Positions 40,690 to 55,238 are shown, numbered from the whole stretch's first letter. The stretch: DNA of 63,764 nucleotides, filler included, from Welwitschia mirabilis (GCA_051453625.1; 5 parts of one record of this genome joined end to end with filler, not necessarily neighbours in it); one strand, 5' to 3'. Numbers and translations are program-made. The notes: a model not told the origin generated them from the sequence alone.

Positions 40690-43550
40690 TTTTAACTACT
40701 TAATTTTTTTGATGATTACTTTGGAAATTTTAAAAGGCAATACTAGATATGAATGAGGTTTGAAATCCCATAAACATAAATAGAAATGGATAGACANNNN
40801 NNNNNNNNNNNNNNNNNNNNNNNNNNNNNNNNNNNNNNNNNNNNNNNNNNNNNNNNNNNNNNNNNNNNNNNNNNNNNNNNNNNNNNNNNNNNNNNNGATA
40901 GACACCTACAACAAAACTGATAAGATTAAATTTTAACTACTTAATTTTGTTAATGAATACTTTGAAAATTTTAAAAGACAACATTAGATTATGAATGAAG
41001 TTTGAAATCCCATAAACATAGATAGAAATGGATGGACATCCAAAATAGAAAAAATAATATTTTTTAAAATTACATAAACATCATGCATAAAATGGAGAGT
41101 AATAAAACTAATTTGTTAAATACAGAAGCCCTAGTTCCTGGTTATGCCGAGGAAAATGGCTAGGCACATTCTTTCATTAGCTTTTAACCATAATTTATAA
41201 ATATTGATTCCTTCATCTTAGATCCATATTTTATGGATCTTCATTTNNNNNNNNNNNNNNNNNNNNNNNNNNNNNNNNNNNNNNNNNNNNNNNNNNNNNN
41301 NNNNNNNNNNNNNNNNNNNNNNNNNNNNNNNNNNNNNNNNNNNNNNTTCATTTATCATCTATTAATTAAGAAATTTGAATCAACTAATGTCCTTGATTTT
41401 CTTAGCCCAACTAAATATCTTTTCTCTTAGACTTTTGATTTTTCTTAACATCATGGATTTTTTACATTTTAATGAGTACCAATATATTAGAATGTTGGCA
41501 TTACCTATTCTAAATTTATCCAACATTAAAATGTTGAAATTACCTATACTTAAATATTCCAATAATTATTCCTTTAATAACTACATTGTATACAACCCCT
41601 TAATGTGTGCACTATTCAATTTCATGTTACACATTCTTTGCAAGACACCTATCATCTTTATNNNNNNNNNNNNNNNNNNNNNNNNNNNNNNNNNNNNACA
41701 TAGATAGAAATGGATGGACATCAAAAATAGAACAAATAATATTTTTTAACATTACATAAACATCATGCATAAAATGGAGAGTAATAAAACTAATTTGTCA
41801 AATACAGAAGCCCTAGTTTCTGGTTATGCCGAGGATAATGGATGGGCACATTCTTTCATTAGCTTTTAATCATAATTTATAAATACTAATTCCTTCATCT
41901 TAAATCCATATTTTATGGATCTTCATTTATCATCTATCAATTAAGAAATTTGAATCAACCAATGTCCTTGATTTNNNNNNNNNNNNNNNNNNNNNNNNNN
42001 NNNNNNNNNNNNNNNNNNNNNNNNNNNNNNNNNNNNNNNNNNNNNNNNTAGTACCAATATATTATAATGTTGGCATTACCTATTCTAAATTTATCCAACA
42101 TAAAAATGTTGAAATTACCTATACTTAAATATCCCAATAATTATGCCTTTAATAACTGCATTGTATACACCCCTTAATGTGTGCACTATTCAATTTCATG
42201 TTACACATTATTTAGAAGACACATATCGTCTTTATGACATTAAAAGACTAGTTATGTTCTCCTTTCAACACTTAGAATCTTAAGGAGTTCTCTTAACATG
42301 GTCTTTAGGACTTTCTTTAGCCCTTATTCACCTTATCGCCTTCTCTCATAGAGTGGAGTATAAGCCATGTACTATTAATATACCCTTTTCTTATATTAGA
42401 CTGCACATTTCACACAACATTCTTCATCTTAAAGCTACATTTATGATTTTCACATAGGCATCTCAAAGTTTTTAACTTCTTTCTATTTCAAAAATAAATA
42501 ATTTAGAAAGGGGAATAGCAAGGTGTCTTCTTTACAATCTATATTATCTTTACAATAATGTTTCAAATGGGATAGCATATAATACTCTTTTAAGAAATAC
42601 AATGGAGGTTTTTTAATAGAACTCTTGTTAGAACTATTAAGATTATCATTCATATCATACCTTTTATAATCAATGGTTTTTAACAAATAAAGTTCTACAA
42701 CTTACAAAAAATTAGAGTTTTTATCTAAAAATGAGAGGTTAAAATGCTAACATGTCACTCAAAACTTTAGAAGTATTTAATCTTTTCATTGCTTCTAATT
42801 ATGCTTCAGTTTAGTAAATAATGTTGAGAGCCTCATTTAAAAGAGTTAATAAAAGATCTTCATATTAACTTAAAAATGTTACTGATTGCAAAGTATTCTC
42901 TTACTAATATGAGATTACAACTAAGTAAGTTAACATCTAATCTTAACAAGCTTGTTGAAATGACATCTATGTAGTTTGCATTCATTTAAGTTAAGGCCAT
43001 TTCTTATAGATCGATGTCCTTTTTCTGCTAAATGCTTTATCTCCTACTAATTCCACTAGCAAGAGCCTTGAAATCCTATGACATTAACCTCAAATTAGAG
43101 AAGTTCTTTTAAGCTATGTTTCTTTTCTAATTTTAAAATTGGTGATACCATAGTGAAATTAGACTTTCAAGAAGATTCCTTTTCTTTGTATTTGCATTTA
43201 AGATCCTATTCCTTATTCTTCTTCCATCTTAAGAATTTAATTAAACCTATAGATGACTTCTTTCTAGATTTTATATTACTATTAGAATTTTCAAACTTGA
43301 CCAAAATGAAGATCTATAATGTAGCCTTAAATTTATTCTAGTGGATCACATGAACAATGTTTCTATTAGTCTTTACATTTCTATTATTATTAATTAGCAT
43401 TAAGACCCAATTTATTCTTCTAATGTTGACATGTCTGCTCTCTTTGAAATCCCTTAAAATAAGATTTGTAGAAATGTCTGCATCTCCAATTACATTCACA
43501 AGTGAAGATGATGAAGAAAATGTTGTGTTAGAGCACAAGAACGGATGCTT
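40690..43550 (-). mobile_element. L1-clade LINE 3' part (post-RT region, zf-RVT-like, 3' end), with assembly duplicates
   Basis: Weak motifs LGLNAN, LRWKK..KS and CKEC..EIE..H..GC on the minus strand; 3' region homologous to 44030-44427, which lies downstream of a clear LINE RT. Confidence 0.55.
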
Positions 43551-44009
43551 TAATTAAATATTTTATTTTTAAAATTTCATTTATTTTTTTATATATTTAG
43601 AATTAATCTAGAGATTATTATAGTCTATAAATTTCCAATTCCAAAATTTTAAAACAAGCAAAAACTATAGCATGTACTTTGTGATTTTTACAAGAATAGT
43701 TTTGCATATGACTTTCAAAATGTTACATGGATCTTAGAAGTTGCATGCCCATGAATCAAATATAATCCTATACTATAAGAAGCTTTTCAAGTAGAATCAT
43801 GAGTTCTTGAATGGTTTTCAAGGTAAATACATTTTAGAATGTAGGAAGTGGCATTGCTATGATCAAATCTTAGGGCCTTAAAACACTACTTCCAATGCCT
43901 CTTTTCAATTTCTTTATTCTCAATATTTAGAAGGAATGTCTTGGAATCTCTTCTTTTTTATGCCTTTTAATAATCATGAGGTCTTGTAGTAAAGTAATAC
44001 ACCTTTAGT

Positions 44010-46470
44010 TATAATATCAATTAAATTTTGAAATCCCATAAACATAGATAGAAATGGATGAACACCCACAACAAAAATAATAGGAATTTTTGAAAATAAA
44101 CATCATTCATAAAATAAAAATCAAGAAAAATAATTTGGCAAACATGGAGGTCCTGTCCCTTGGCCATGATGGGGAGCATGGCTAGGTATAATTTCTTATT
44201 AGCTTTAAATTATAATTCATACATAATGCTTTCTTCATGTTAGATTCACACTTTATGGATCTACATTTATTATTTATTAAATAAGAAAATTTTCTTAACT
44301 AACTTTCTTGATTTTCTTAGATTAACTAAATCTCTTCCTTCTTAGACTTTTAATTTTCCCTGACATCAAGGCTTTGTTATATTTTAATTGGTACCAAATA
44401 TTAAATTTTTTCCATTACCTGTTTTTANNNNNNNNNNNNNNNNNNNNNNNNNNNNNNNNNNNNNNNNNNNNNNNNNNNNNNNNNNNNNNNNNNNNNNNNN
44501 NNNNNNNNNNNNNNNNNNNNNNNNNNNNNNNNNNNNNNNNNNNNNNNNNNNNNNNNNNNNNNNNNNNNNNNNNNNNNNNNNNNNNNNNNNNNNNNNNNNN
44601 NNNNNNNNNNNNNNNNNNNNNNNNNNNNNNNNNNNNNNNNNNNNNNNNNNNNNNNNNNNNNNNNNNNNNNNNNNNNNNNNNNNNNNNNNNNNNNNNNNNN
44701 NNNNNNNNNNNNNNNNNNNNNNNNNNNNNNNNNNNNNNNNNNNNNNNNNNNNNNNNNNNNNNNNNNNNNNNNNNNNNNNNNNNNNNNNNNNNNNNNNNNN
44801 NNNNNNNNNNNNNNNNNNNNNNNNNNNNNNNNNNNNNNNNNNNNNNNNNNNNNNNNNNNNNNNNNNNNNNNNNNNNNNNNNNNNNNNNNNNNNNNNNNNN
44901 NNNNNNNNNNNNNNNNNNNNNNNNNNNNNNNNNNNNNNNNNNNNNNNNNNNNNNNNNNNNNNNNNNNNNNNNNNNNNNNNNNNNNNNNNNNNNNNNNNNN
45001 NNNNNNNNNNNNNNNNNNNNNNNNNNNNNNNNNNNNNNNNNNNNNNNNNNNNNNNATAAAGGCATAAATTTTATGTAGGCCTTGATTAATTAAAGCCAAA
45101 TAACTTAACTTATAGTTTTAGTATTTTAATTAAGAAGTCTTTATTCTAGTTCTTTGACCACTCCAATCTAGTGTTTTTTTAATCATTTTACCTTTAAAAA
45201 AAACCAAGGTATTTTAATGGTAAATATTTAATAGAGCATTCCAACATATGACTTACCCAGTAAGAAAAGTTCCTTCAATATGGATCTTATAGACCTTACT
45301 ATTCTAGAATTTGATAATCATGCTTTAAGCTTGACTAAATAGTAAAACATCATTTTGATTATGTGGGTGGTAGTTTGCTAATTTATTAGTANNNNNNNNN
45401 NNNNNNNNNNNNNNNNNNNNNNNNNNNNNNNNNNNNNNNNNNNNNNNNNNNNNNNNNNNNNNNNNNNNNNNNNNNNNNNNNNNNNNNNNNNTCCTTCAAT
45501 ATGGATCTTATAGACCTTACTCTTCTAGAATTTTATAATCATGGTTTATGCTTGACTAAATAGTTAAACATGATTTTGATTATTAGGTGGTAGTTTGCTA
45601 ATTTATTAGTATAATTAGTATATCATTAATAAATATATTAATGAGGTATTCTTCACATCCTTAATTACATTGAATTCAATGGATTAAACTCTCTTTATAT
45701 TTATCATATAGTAGGTTATTCAAACCTTTCATAGTAATAATGAAAAGAAAGAGGATAATGGGAAATCTTGTGTGACTTTATTGATGGTTTTATAGAAACC
45801 TATAATGTTAATTCTAAGCTTAAGAAAATCAAACATTCCTTGGTAAGATAAAGTCATTTCTTCTCCAAATAAAAAGAAAAATCCTTTTGTTTTTTAAATA
45901 AATGCATTAAAATATTTTCATTTTAGAGTATTAATAGCTTTAATAACTTCTAGTTCTAATAAAAGAAAAGGAGTTCTAATTATTTAAATAGTGAATTATT
46001 TAATGATTTATAATGAAGTGGTTAGTAATATGTAACTCCTTTGTGAAACCTACTTGATTTGATCTAGTTATACATTTTAATAGTAAAGATAATCCACAAG
46101 TCATAAACTTTAATAGAATTTTGTATCTTTTAGTGCTTAGGGTAATTATATGGAAATTATTTTCAAAGCGGGCATTATTTTTTTAGAATAAAAGTTTATT
46201 ATTAAATATCTTTGATATATGATTTATTCTTTAAAATTGATATATCATTAAAGTAACATCATCTTTAATTGCATCCCTGTACTAATTATAGAGGTTAATA
46301 GAAAAGTTGTTAATCTCTTGAGCTTTTCATTCATACTAAATGAACATTATTTAATTTACTCTTTAATGGAAGATTAGGTAAGTAATTATATGCTAGAATT
46401 GGAGAGTTTTGTAGTTATCTTTGACATCACCTAATTGATCAAGTCATCTCTTATAGGGATTTGAATTGAT
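44010..46470 (-). mobile_element. L1-clade LINE remnant with reverse transcriptase domain
   Basis: Minus strand, in the expected order: FSINLYN; LELEVIKAINTLK* (LKLDxxKAxD); KVTQDFPLSSFLFII (RQGDPLSP); DVLLFSQA; MLECSIKYLPLKYLG. Confidence 0.8.
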
Positions 46471-46479
46471 CTTTGACAC

Positions 46480-46480
<1 letters not shown>

Positions 46481-46528
<48 letters not shown>

Positions 46529-46628
46529 NNNNNNNNNNNNNNNNNNNNNNNNNNNNNNNNNNNNNNNNNNNNNNNNNNNNNNNNNNNNNNNNNNNNNNNN
46601 NNNNNNNNNNNNNNNNNNNNNNNNNNNN

Positions 46629-46699
<71 letters not shown>
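46481..46699. repeat. (CA)n microsatellite spanning a gap
   Basis: Perfect CA repeats on both sides of a 100-N gap. Confidence 0.98.
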
Positions 46700-46702
<3 letters not shown>

Positions 46703-47090
46703 AGTGCTTCCATTCCTAAAGTAAGTTCAATGAATTTTAGTTTTTCAGAATCAATAATTTTAGTCTTTTTAACAAGTATAAAATCATAGCACTACATAAA
46801 AGTACTAATTACATCCTATAGAGATATGTTCATGCCCATTACCATAAGGATTATGTAAGATATAATTAGGGCTACTCACATACTCCTTGATTTAACCATA
46901 CAAAAATTACTTACTCGACTTAACAAATGAGCTGGGAACCTTTTCCTTAGTTTATTTATTAACAAATGAAAAGAAAAGATGAAAATCTAAAAGTAAGTAA
47001 TATTTTAAATGTAAAATCCTTATTTACATATTACAATTTTCTTATCCTTTTATTGATAAAATTTTATTTTTAATGATTTTACTTATCAAA

Positions 47091-48389
47091 TGTAATAGGT
47101 CTAATGTGTAGATAGGGTATTAGAGAATATCCAAATTGCAGATAAGGATCAAACTAGTAAAAATTCAAGGATAAATACACATAAAGCTTGATATCATAGA
47201 AGTTTTAGCTCAAGATTCATGGAGGACAGACGAAGTTGAAAGAAAATGTCTATAAGGTTGAAGATATTTATGAGAAAACTTTTTGAAATAATGAATACAT
47301 ATAGGATAAACCTGAAGTTGAGCTAGGTGAAAGATGTCTATCCTATAGAATATGTCTATATTACATTAATTGATGAAAGATATCTACTACATTAGAGATA
47401 ACTATATTGAACTAAAAAAGGTAATAAAGGATAGTTGTAATAGTAGGTTACATGATGAATTCTTAATGTCCAAGTGCTAGAGATATAATAGTTCAAAGCT
47501 TATTAGAATCTAAGTAGTTTGAAGACATTATTGAGTTTCAAGATGTCTACCTATAAGAGACATCTACTATAGTAAAGATGTCTATTCCAAAAAAATAATT
47601 AAAAACTAGTATCCATTAAGTAACTAAATATATTTATTTATAATCATTTTACTATGTTTAAATTATTTCAAATGACTATCTCATTAGGAAAAACGTTAAG
47701 AATACCTTTCATTCATAAAAGGCATAAAGAGTAAAGAATAAAGAGTTACTTAAATGGATGATTAGTGCTAAATCAATAAAAATATTTTGTTCTTGATGAA
47801 GAAACTTATTTCTTAAAGATGTTTCATGCTATCTAGCAATCTACTACTAAAAAAAAACTAACACTGGATCTTTGTGGATGACTACATCAAGGAGAACTCA
47901 AGCAACTATCTTCATGACATCATTTTAGGCTTGTTGTTCTTTCATTACATTGCTATTAGTACTTCAATTATAAGACTATCATATTATTAAATCTAGTCAT
48001 TCTAGTTAATAATAATTTATATTCCTTCCTAACTAGAATCCCTTTCTTGAGGATTCCAAGATGTAAGAAAATACTTATATGAGTGTTCTTCTTTTGTTTT
48101 AATTAAATGCTCGATAGCACTATTAACTCCTAACTAGTTATAATTTCTACTATATTATGAAGAAAATATTATTTATATGTAAGGTTAATGATGCTTCAAA
48201 ACAACTCTGTTTATAGGTAAAACATATTCAGAGGTTAAAAGAAAGCTACTCTTTGAGTGTAAATGCAACTAGATTGGGGAATCATGTTAAATTGTTAAGG
48301 CCTTCATTATTAATTTTATTTGTTTTCTATTAAGAACTTTTATTTGGTAAGACCAATTTACCCATTTCCTTTGAGTTCACTGATTCTCG
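47091..48389 (+). repeat. 5' LTR of second SIRE-like Ty1/copia element
   Basis: Ends ccaatttacccatttcctttgagt..., followed by tggtatta (PBS-like, 48392) and gag; repeated GACGTC-derived motifs. Start tgtaat is tentative. Confidence 0.65.
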
Positions 48390-48401
48390 AATGGTATTAC
48401 A

Positions 48402-50784
48402 ATGGATAATCATGAAAAGAAACAACATTCTTATGTGAACTATAAAAGTAGTGCCATCTATCAGACCTCCACTCTTCAATGGAATAAGCTATGCCTATTG
48501 AAAGATGAGGATGGAGGTGTACTTACAATATTTGGGTTTCAAGTTTGAAAAAGATTGAAGGTGAATGCTTAAAACCTATAAAAACTATTATATATGCTAT
48601 TAGAAACTCCATTACTCAAATAAAACATAGAAGGGACTTAAAAAATAAAGAAAAGGTAGCTTTCATATATAACTTAAAGGTGAAAACTACTCTCTAATCA
48701 ATCCTTATTATGAAGATATTTAACTAAATAGCCAAATGAAAAATCATATAAGAGTCTTGGAATGTTATAGTCAAAACATATGAGGAAACATCTGTTGTCA
48801 AGGAATCAAAGATCCTAGTTAGACTAGTAAGTTTAAGAACTTGAAGAGGAACAATGGAGAGAAAGTGCATGAATACTTTACAAGGGTCAATGGCATTGTA
48901 AATGCCATACATAACATTGATGAAAATCTACCAAAGGCCAAGGTAATTCAAAATATGATCAAATCCTTAACTCCAAAATATAAGCAAAAAATAACTACAA
49001 TTGAAGAATTAAGAGAGTTCAACACAATGAAGATTAAGGAATCATAAAGTGCCTTGAGGGCTTATGAGATGAATTTCATTTCAGATGGTATCTTGGAGAA
49101 AAATCTTATTTCTCTTAAGACTAGTAAAAAGTAAAGATAAACTTTTAAAGGTAAAGAAAAAGAAGCATAAATGCAAATGACTCAAAATATGATGTGGAAG
49201 AAGAACTTACTCTAATCATAAGAAAGCTCAAAAAGCTTCTTTCATGAAAGAATAATAAGAAAGAGGACTACAAAAATTCACTATGATTTCAATATAGATA
49301 TACTTCCAAAGGTAAATTTTCTACTAGTTATTGTCTTTCTTATNNNNNNNNNNTTTCTAATTTAGAATGTTTGATGTATGGAGGATAAGAACATAAAACT
49401 TCAGAATATCCTAGATCTAACTAATTACAAGAAAATTCATAAAAGAAAGAGCCCAAGAAAAAGAAATAATTCTTCCTAGGTTGGGATGATGATGAAGATG
49501 TAACTAAAGTAGGAACCCTAGACACTAAAAGAGCTTATCCATCCTACATATCCATCATCCATGCTCAAAGTAAACATGAATAAGAAAAAATAGAACTAGA
49601 ATTAGAAAGTGAAGGGAAAACAACTATGATACTTTAACATAAGTATGAATTAATTTCTAAATAGTTCATTAAGTTGCAAAAAGTATGTTTCAAGCTGCAA
49701 AAATTGTTTCATACTCATGAACTAGCATATGAACAAGAAAAGGATTCATGTAATAGATTATTATTTAAAAATTCAGCTCTTAAAGTTAAGATTAGCAAGC
49801 TAACATATGAATTAAAGAATGTTAAACATGAACCTCCTAATCCTAAAAGGATTAGTGAAAAATTTACTTAATCTAGAAATACTTTAAATATCATTCTTAG
49901 ATAATGTAGGATTCCAAATGATAAATGTGTCTTAGGACATAATGAAACCTACAATAATACTTTAATGTCATTATTCAAAAAATGGAAATATAAGTTAATG
50001 AATAAACATGTAGGTGATATTAATAATATTACCTATTACTACTATTATAAACATATAATTATCAATTTAACTATCCATTTAAGTTCAATAATAAATGCTA
50101 TTATAATAGCGTTAAAAGACCAANNNNNNNNNNNNNNNNNNNNNNNNNNNNNNNNNNNNNNNNNNNNNNNNNNNNNNNNNNNNNNNNNNNNNNNNNNNNN
50201 NNNNNNNNNNNNNNNNNNNNNNNGTGAAAAATTTACTTAATCTAGAAATACTTTAAATATCATTCTTAAATAATGTAAGATTCCAAATGATAAAGGTGTC
50301 TTAGGACATAATGAAACCTACAATAATACTTTAATGTCATTATTCAACAAACGGAAATATAAGTTAATGAATAAACATGTAGGTGATATTAATAATATTA
50401 TCTATCACTACTATTATAAACATATAATTATCAATTTCACTATCCATTTAAGTTCAATAATAAATGCTATTATAATAGCATTAAGAGACTAAGAACAATG
50501 ATACAATGTTTTGAATAGGCAAAATAAAAGAATATATGGATTCCAAAATTAAGGCCAATTCTCTTAGCTTAGATTGCATTATGTTATGAGAAGAAACATG
50601 CTTGGTATGTTGGTAGTGGATATTAAAGATATGTATTTAGTAACAAATTAATTTTTATTTCCTTAATGGAGTAAGATAAAGAAGTAGTCACCTTTAGTAA
50701 TAACACAAAAAATTCCATTAAATGTATTAGAACCATAAAAATATGTAATTTACCTAAATTAAATGATATGTTTCATGTATAGGG
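48402..50784 (+). pseudogene. Ty1/copia (SIRE-like) gag-protease remnant
   Basis: RPPLFNGISYAY*KMRM; SWNVIVKTYEETSVVKESK; ORF 48841-49047 (EYFTRVNGIVN..KITTIEE); decayed knuckle ECLMYGG*EHKTSEYP; DKGVLG; protease WYVGSG..VTFSNN. Confidence 0.9.
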
Positions 50785-50877
50785 TGTGCTACCAAATTAC
50801 ATATATTTGATAGGGTATTTTAAGTAGTTTTACAAGATATTAAAAAGGTTTATGTTAGAAGTCCATGATAATGGAGA

Positions 50878-50977
50878 NNNNNNNNNNNNNNNNNNNNNNN
50901 NNNNNNNNNNNNNNNNNNNNNTTAATTAATTAANNNNNNNNNNNNNNNNNNNNNNNNNNNNNNNNNNNNNNNNNNNN
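50878..50977. other. Artificial scaffold spacer
   Basis: N44-TTAATTAATTAA(50922-50933)-N44. Confidence 0.97.
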
Positions 50978-53900
50978 ATATGAAATTAGAATCAAGTCCC
51001 ATCCATATTAGTATTTTGTGTTGTACAAATATCTATTTTATTTGTAAATGATAGGATATTCTTGAGCTTAAATCATTTGTACAAATATGCACCACAACAT
51101 CTTGGTACCATTGTTGAGAAAGGTTGCTTGTAGAGTTGTCATTGATTAAATGAGTATTTAGATTTTGGTTTGGATGTTTACCTATAATAGCATTGTATTT
51201 TTATTTGTAGTAGTATAGGCTTTCTTTTTATAAGTTTTAGTTTTTCAGTTTTAAAATAAAAGCTTTATCATCTACTTCATTATCTAGATGACATGTGGTG
51301 ATGATAGTCTCTATGACTTGAGTTTTTAGATTTTGGTTTCTTTGAAAATTTTTATGGGTTTTTCTTTCATCCCCTCTATCATCTAGACAACTTAGGTGGA
51401 TGATAGTCTACTATCTATGTTTTTAATTTCTATCATTTTTGTGTTTCTATTTTATACATTTTTCATTTATTTTTGTGTTTTTTTTTGTTTCTATTATTAA
51501 GACTATTATCTAAGTGACTATAGGGATGACACTAACTATGCATGAAAAAACTGAACATGTATAGTAAAATTTAGTGAGAAAGAAAAATACCAGAGAGAGT
51601 GGCTATTCATAGAGGAAAACATTTGAGAAGGTTTGATTGACCTTAAAACTAACTTAGGTACACAGAGAAAAGGTATGTAAGGTTTTAAAATTCTACAAAT
51701 TTCTATTTTTATTTCTTTATATTATAATTTTGCAAGAGAAAATNNNNNNNNNNNNNNNNNNNNNNNNNNNNNNNNNNNNNNNNNNNNNNNNNNNNNNNNN
51801 NNNNNNNNNNNNNNNNNNNNNNNNNNNNNNNNNNNNNNNNNNNTCATCTACTTCATTATCCAGATGACATGTGGTGATGATAGTTTTTATGACTTGAGTT
51901 TTTAGCTTTTGATTTCTTTGAAAATTTTTATGGGTTTTTCTTTCATCCCCTCTATCACCTAGACAACTTACGTGGATGATAGTCTACTATCTATGTTTTC
52001 AATTTGTATCATTTTTGTGTTTCTATTTTCTACATTTTTCATTTATTTTTGTTTTTTTTTGTTTCTATTATCAAGACTATTATNNNNNNNNNNAACTGTG
52101 CATGAAAAAACTGAGCATGTATAGTAAAATTTAGTAATAAAGAAAAATACGAGAGAGAGTGGCTATTCATAGAGGAAAACATTCAAGAAGGTTTGATTGA
52201 CCTTGAAACTAACTTAGGTACACAGAGAAAAGGTATGTAAGGTTTTAAAATTCTAGAATTTTATATTTTTATTTCTTTATAGTATAATTTTGTAAGAGAA
52301 AATTTTTCAAAAGATTGTATTGATAGTTTTTAATTTCTAAACTTGTCTAGCTTGGCATAAAAGAAAAAACAAACTGCTTTACTTAATTCACTACTTGTTA
52401 TTGAAATCCCTATAATTACACCTATTAAACCTAATGCCAATGTCATCCTTATAGATCTAATCACTAATAAGAAACATGAAATCTAAACCTTCTTTGATTC
52501 ACCTCTCGATGATGCTGTTAAACTTAGAAAACTAAATTCATATCCTATTTTTAATGGTAAACTTGATGAAGAACCTTCATAACACATTGTTGATATAGAA
52601 AAATTAGTGCTCACTTGAGAAAAAAGTTAAAAAAAAAAGAGTAAGAAATAGAACTAACATGGCCATTCTCCCCATTAATTCAAAATATAAGCCTAACATT
52701 TAGTTAAGAACAATTTCTAATAAAATTTTAAAATCATAGAGTCAAGTTTAAGAAGCCTTTATTAAAAGGTTCATGGGTGAAACCACCATTACAGAACATA
52801 AGAAAGAAATAAACAACTTCCAAGAACTACTTAATGAATATTATACCTCAACCTATGAAATATTTTTTATTTCTTTACATTCAAACCCTATAGATTCTTT
52901 TTCTTAAGAAGAATTAGTTGACTAATTTTATAGGGGACTAGACAATCAAATAAAGCAACTAGTAGATTTTTTGTGTGGAGGAAATTATTAAACCTCATCT
53001 TAGAAAATTCTTAGAATGTGTTGGAAGAATTATTAGAAGTGAGTCAAACTGGGCTTAAATCCTCATCTAGAGAAAACCAAATTGTAGACTAAATCATTAA
53101 AGATCTTAAGGAGGTTAAACCAAAAAAATAAGAAATAAGAACTAAAAAAGAACCAATAAATGTCATTAATGATTTTAAATTAACTTTATAAAAATACATC
53201 TAGATGATTTTAGATGCAAAGGTGGTAATTAAAAAGAGTGTACTTGTAGCTTCTACTTATGATCTTATAAAGATAACTATCATATTACAATAAAGTGTCC
53301 TTTACTTTCAACTTATAAAGAAATAATCTATGAGGAAATGTGTGTTTTCAACCAAAGATCCTCAAACTTTAACCAAAACCAAAACCAAAATGAAATTCAA
53401 AATCATAATAATTTCAACCTAGGATGAGTGGACAATCCAACTTTAAAAATTTTTAAACCAATCATCCTAACTTATAACAATTTAAAAGGAGATTTAAGAA
53501 CATAAAATTCTAGTCAAACAACTCAAACAATCAAGCAAGCTCATCTAATCCATAAAACCTAGGTGATTCTCTTAGGGATTCTATTGATGAGTTGAGAAAA
53601 ACATAAGAAAAAATAAATTCAAACACTAAAAATCTTGTGAGTATTTTGCAATAAATCATGCTTGTTAATCAAAGATTATAAGGGTCACTTGATGCTCAAC
53701 CTTTACTAAAATCAAATGAAGTTAAAAAAGATTATGAGGTAGTAACAAGAAATGAAAAATAAGACAACAACTTCCATCCATCAGACTTCTACATCATAAA
53801 GTAATAAAAAAGATGAAGAAGAGGACATCAAAATTTTATAAAATCATTTTTTCCATTCTTCATTAAGTAGTAAAAAGAAAAATTCTTCTCCTAAGAGGCC

Positions 53901-55138
53901 TACTACCCCTTGGCTTAATAGATTAAATATAAATCCTATTTTTTAATCATTTAAAGGCCTGGATATAAAATGTAAATATTAATTTACAATTTTAAAAACT
54001 TTTACAAGAAAATCCTAAGTATCATAATTTGTGAAAAGCCCTTATTAAGATAGAACAAAAATGAACCATTCTTAGTAAAGTCTTCTTAGCTCAATCCATT
54101 GATAACTTCGTTTTATAAAAAATTCTAAAGTTTAAAGATACAAGGACAACAACTATTGGTATCACTTTAGAGGGAAATAGAAGGATTAAAAAAGCCTTGA
54201 TTGATATGGGAGCTAGTGTAAAAATTATTTCATTTACATTTATCAAAAACTTAGGTTAAAATATAGAATAGAGCCTAAAAGAATTATTTTAAAATTAATT
54301 AAACCTCTATTAATAAACCTTAGGTTTGATTAAGGATTTAGTCATTTAGACTAAATAATCTTTCTACCATATTGTTGTTGTTTTAATAGAAGTTAAACAT
54401 AACAATGGTTATCCTTTACTTCTAAGTAAATCTTTTTGTAAAATAGTTCATTATATTATGGATATAATAATTGGTTTGATGGAGTATCATTTAGAAAATA
54501 AGAAGTTTTTAATAAGAGTATTTGATGTGGCTGAAAAAGATTTAGGAAATTATTTAAGTATAGAAGAAGAAATAAAGCCAACTTTGTTTTCACAACACTG
54601 TCCACTCAAGAAGAGATGGTCAACACTTCATGAAATAACTTTGTTTGATAATCAATCAAAAGTAAATAAATTTAATGTTTTTTATAAAGATCAACTTGAT
54701 TTTAATCATTTGGAAATTGACTCTTCTAATTTGGAGAGTAAAGAAACTAAGTCTATTAACTATGCAGAAGTTTGAAATTTAAGTAGAACTAAAATTTCAT
54801 ATTTTGAGGGTGTTGTTGACTACTGACATCTAGATGATATTTTGAGATGATAAAAAGATTTTTTTAAATTAAAAATCTAAATTTAAATATAAACATGAAA
54901 CCCTTATCTAGTGGACTAAAATATATTTTTCTAAATAATAATCTAAATAAACCTTTAATAATTAACAAAAATATTACTCCTTAAAAAGAATCAAGTTTAA
55001 TCTCTCTTTTTCAATCTAAGGTAAATTATTTCACTTGGTTTCATAACCATTTTACAACCATTCTTACCATAATTATCTAACATAAAATCTACCTTGAAAA
55101 TAAATAATGCAAAATTGTTAGGTAACCTCAATGTATAC

Positions 55139-55238
55139 NNNNNNNNNNNNNNNNNNNNNNNNNNNNNNNNNNNNNNNNNNNNTTAATTAATTAANNNNNN
55201 NNNNNNNNNNNNNNNNNNNNNNNNNNNNNNNNNNNNNN
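55139..55238. other. Artificial scaffold spacer
   Basis: N44-TTAATTAATTAA(55183-55194)-N44. Confidence 0.97.

Noticed and set aside
45225..45262. hAT transposase TRWNS-like motif
   Set aside because: The surrounding sequence gives an ordered set of LINE RT motifs (PLS, DVLLF, PLKYLG) instead.
46431..46789. HT/VC-repeat ORFs
   Set aside because: Translations of the (CA)n microsatellite.
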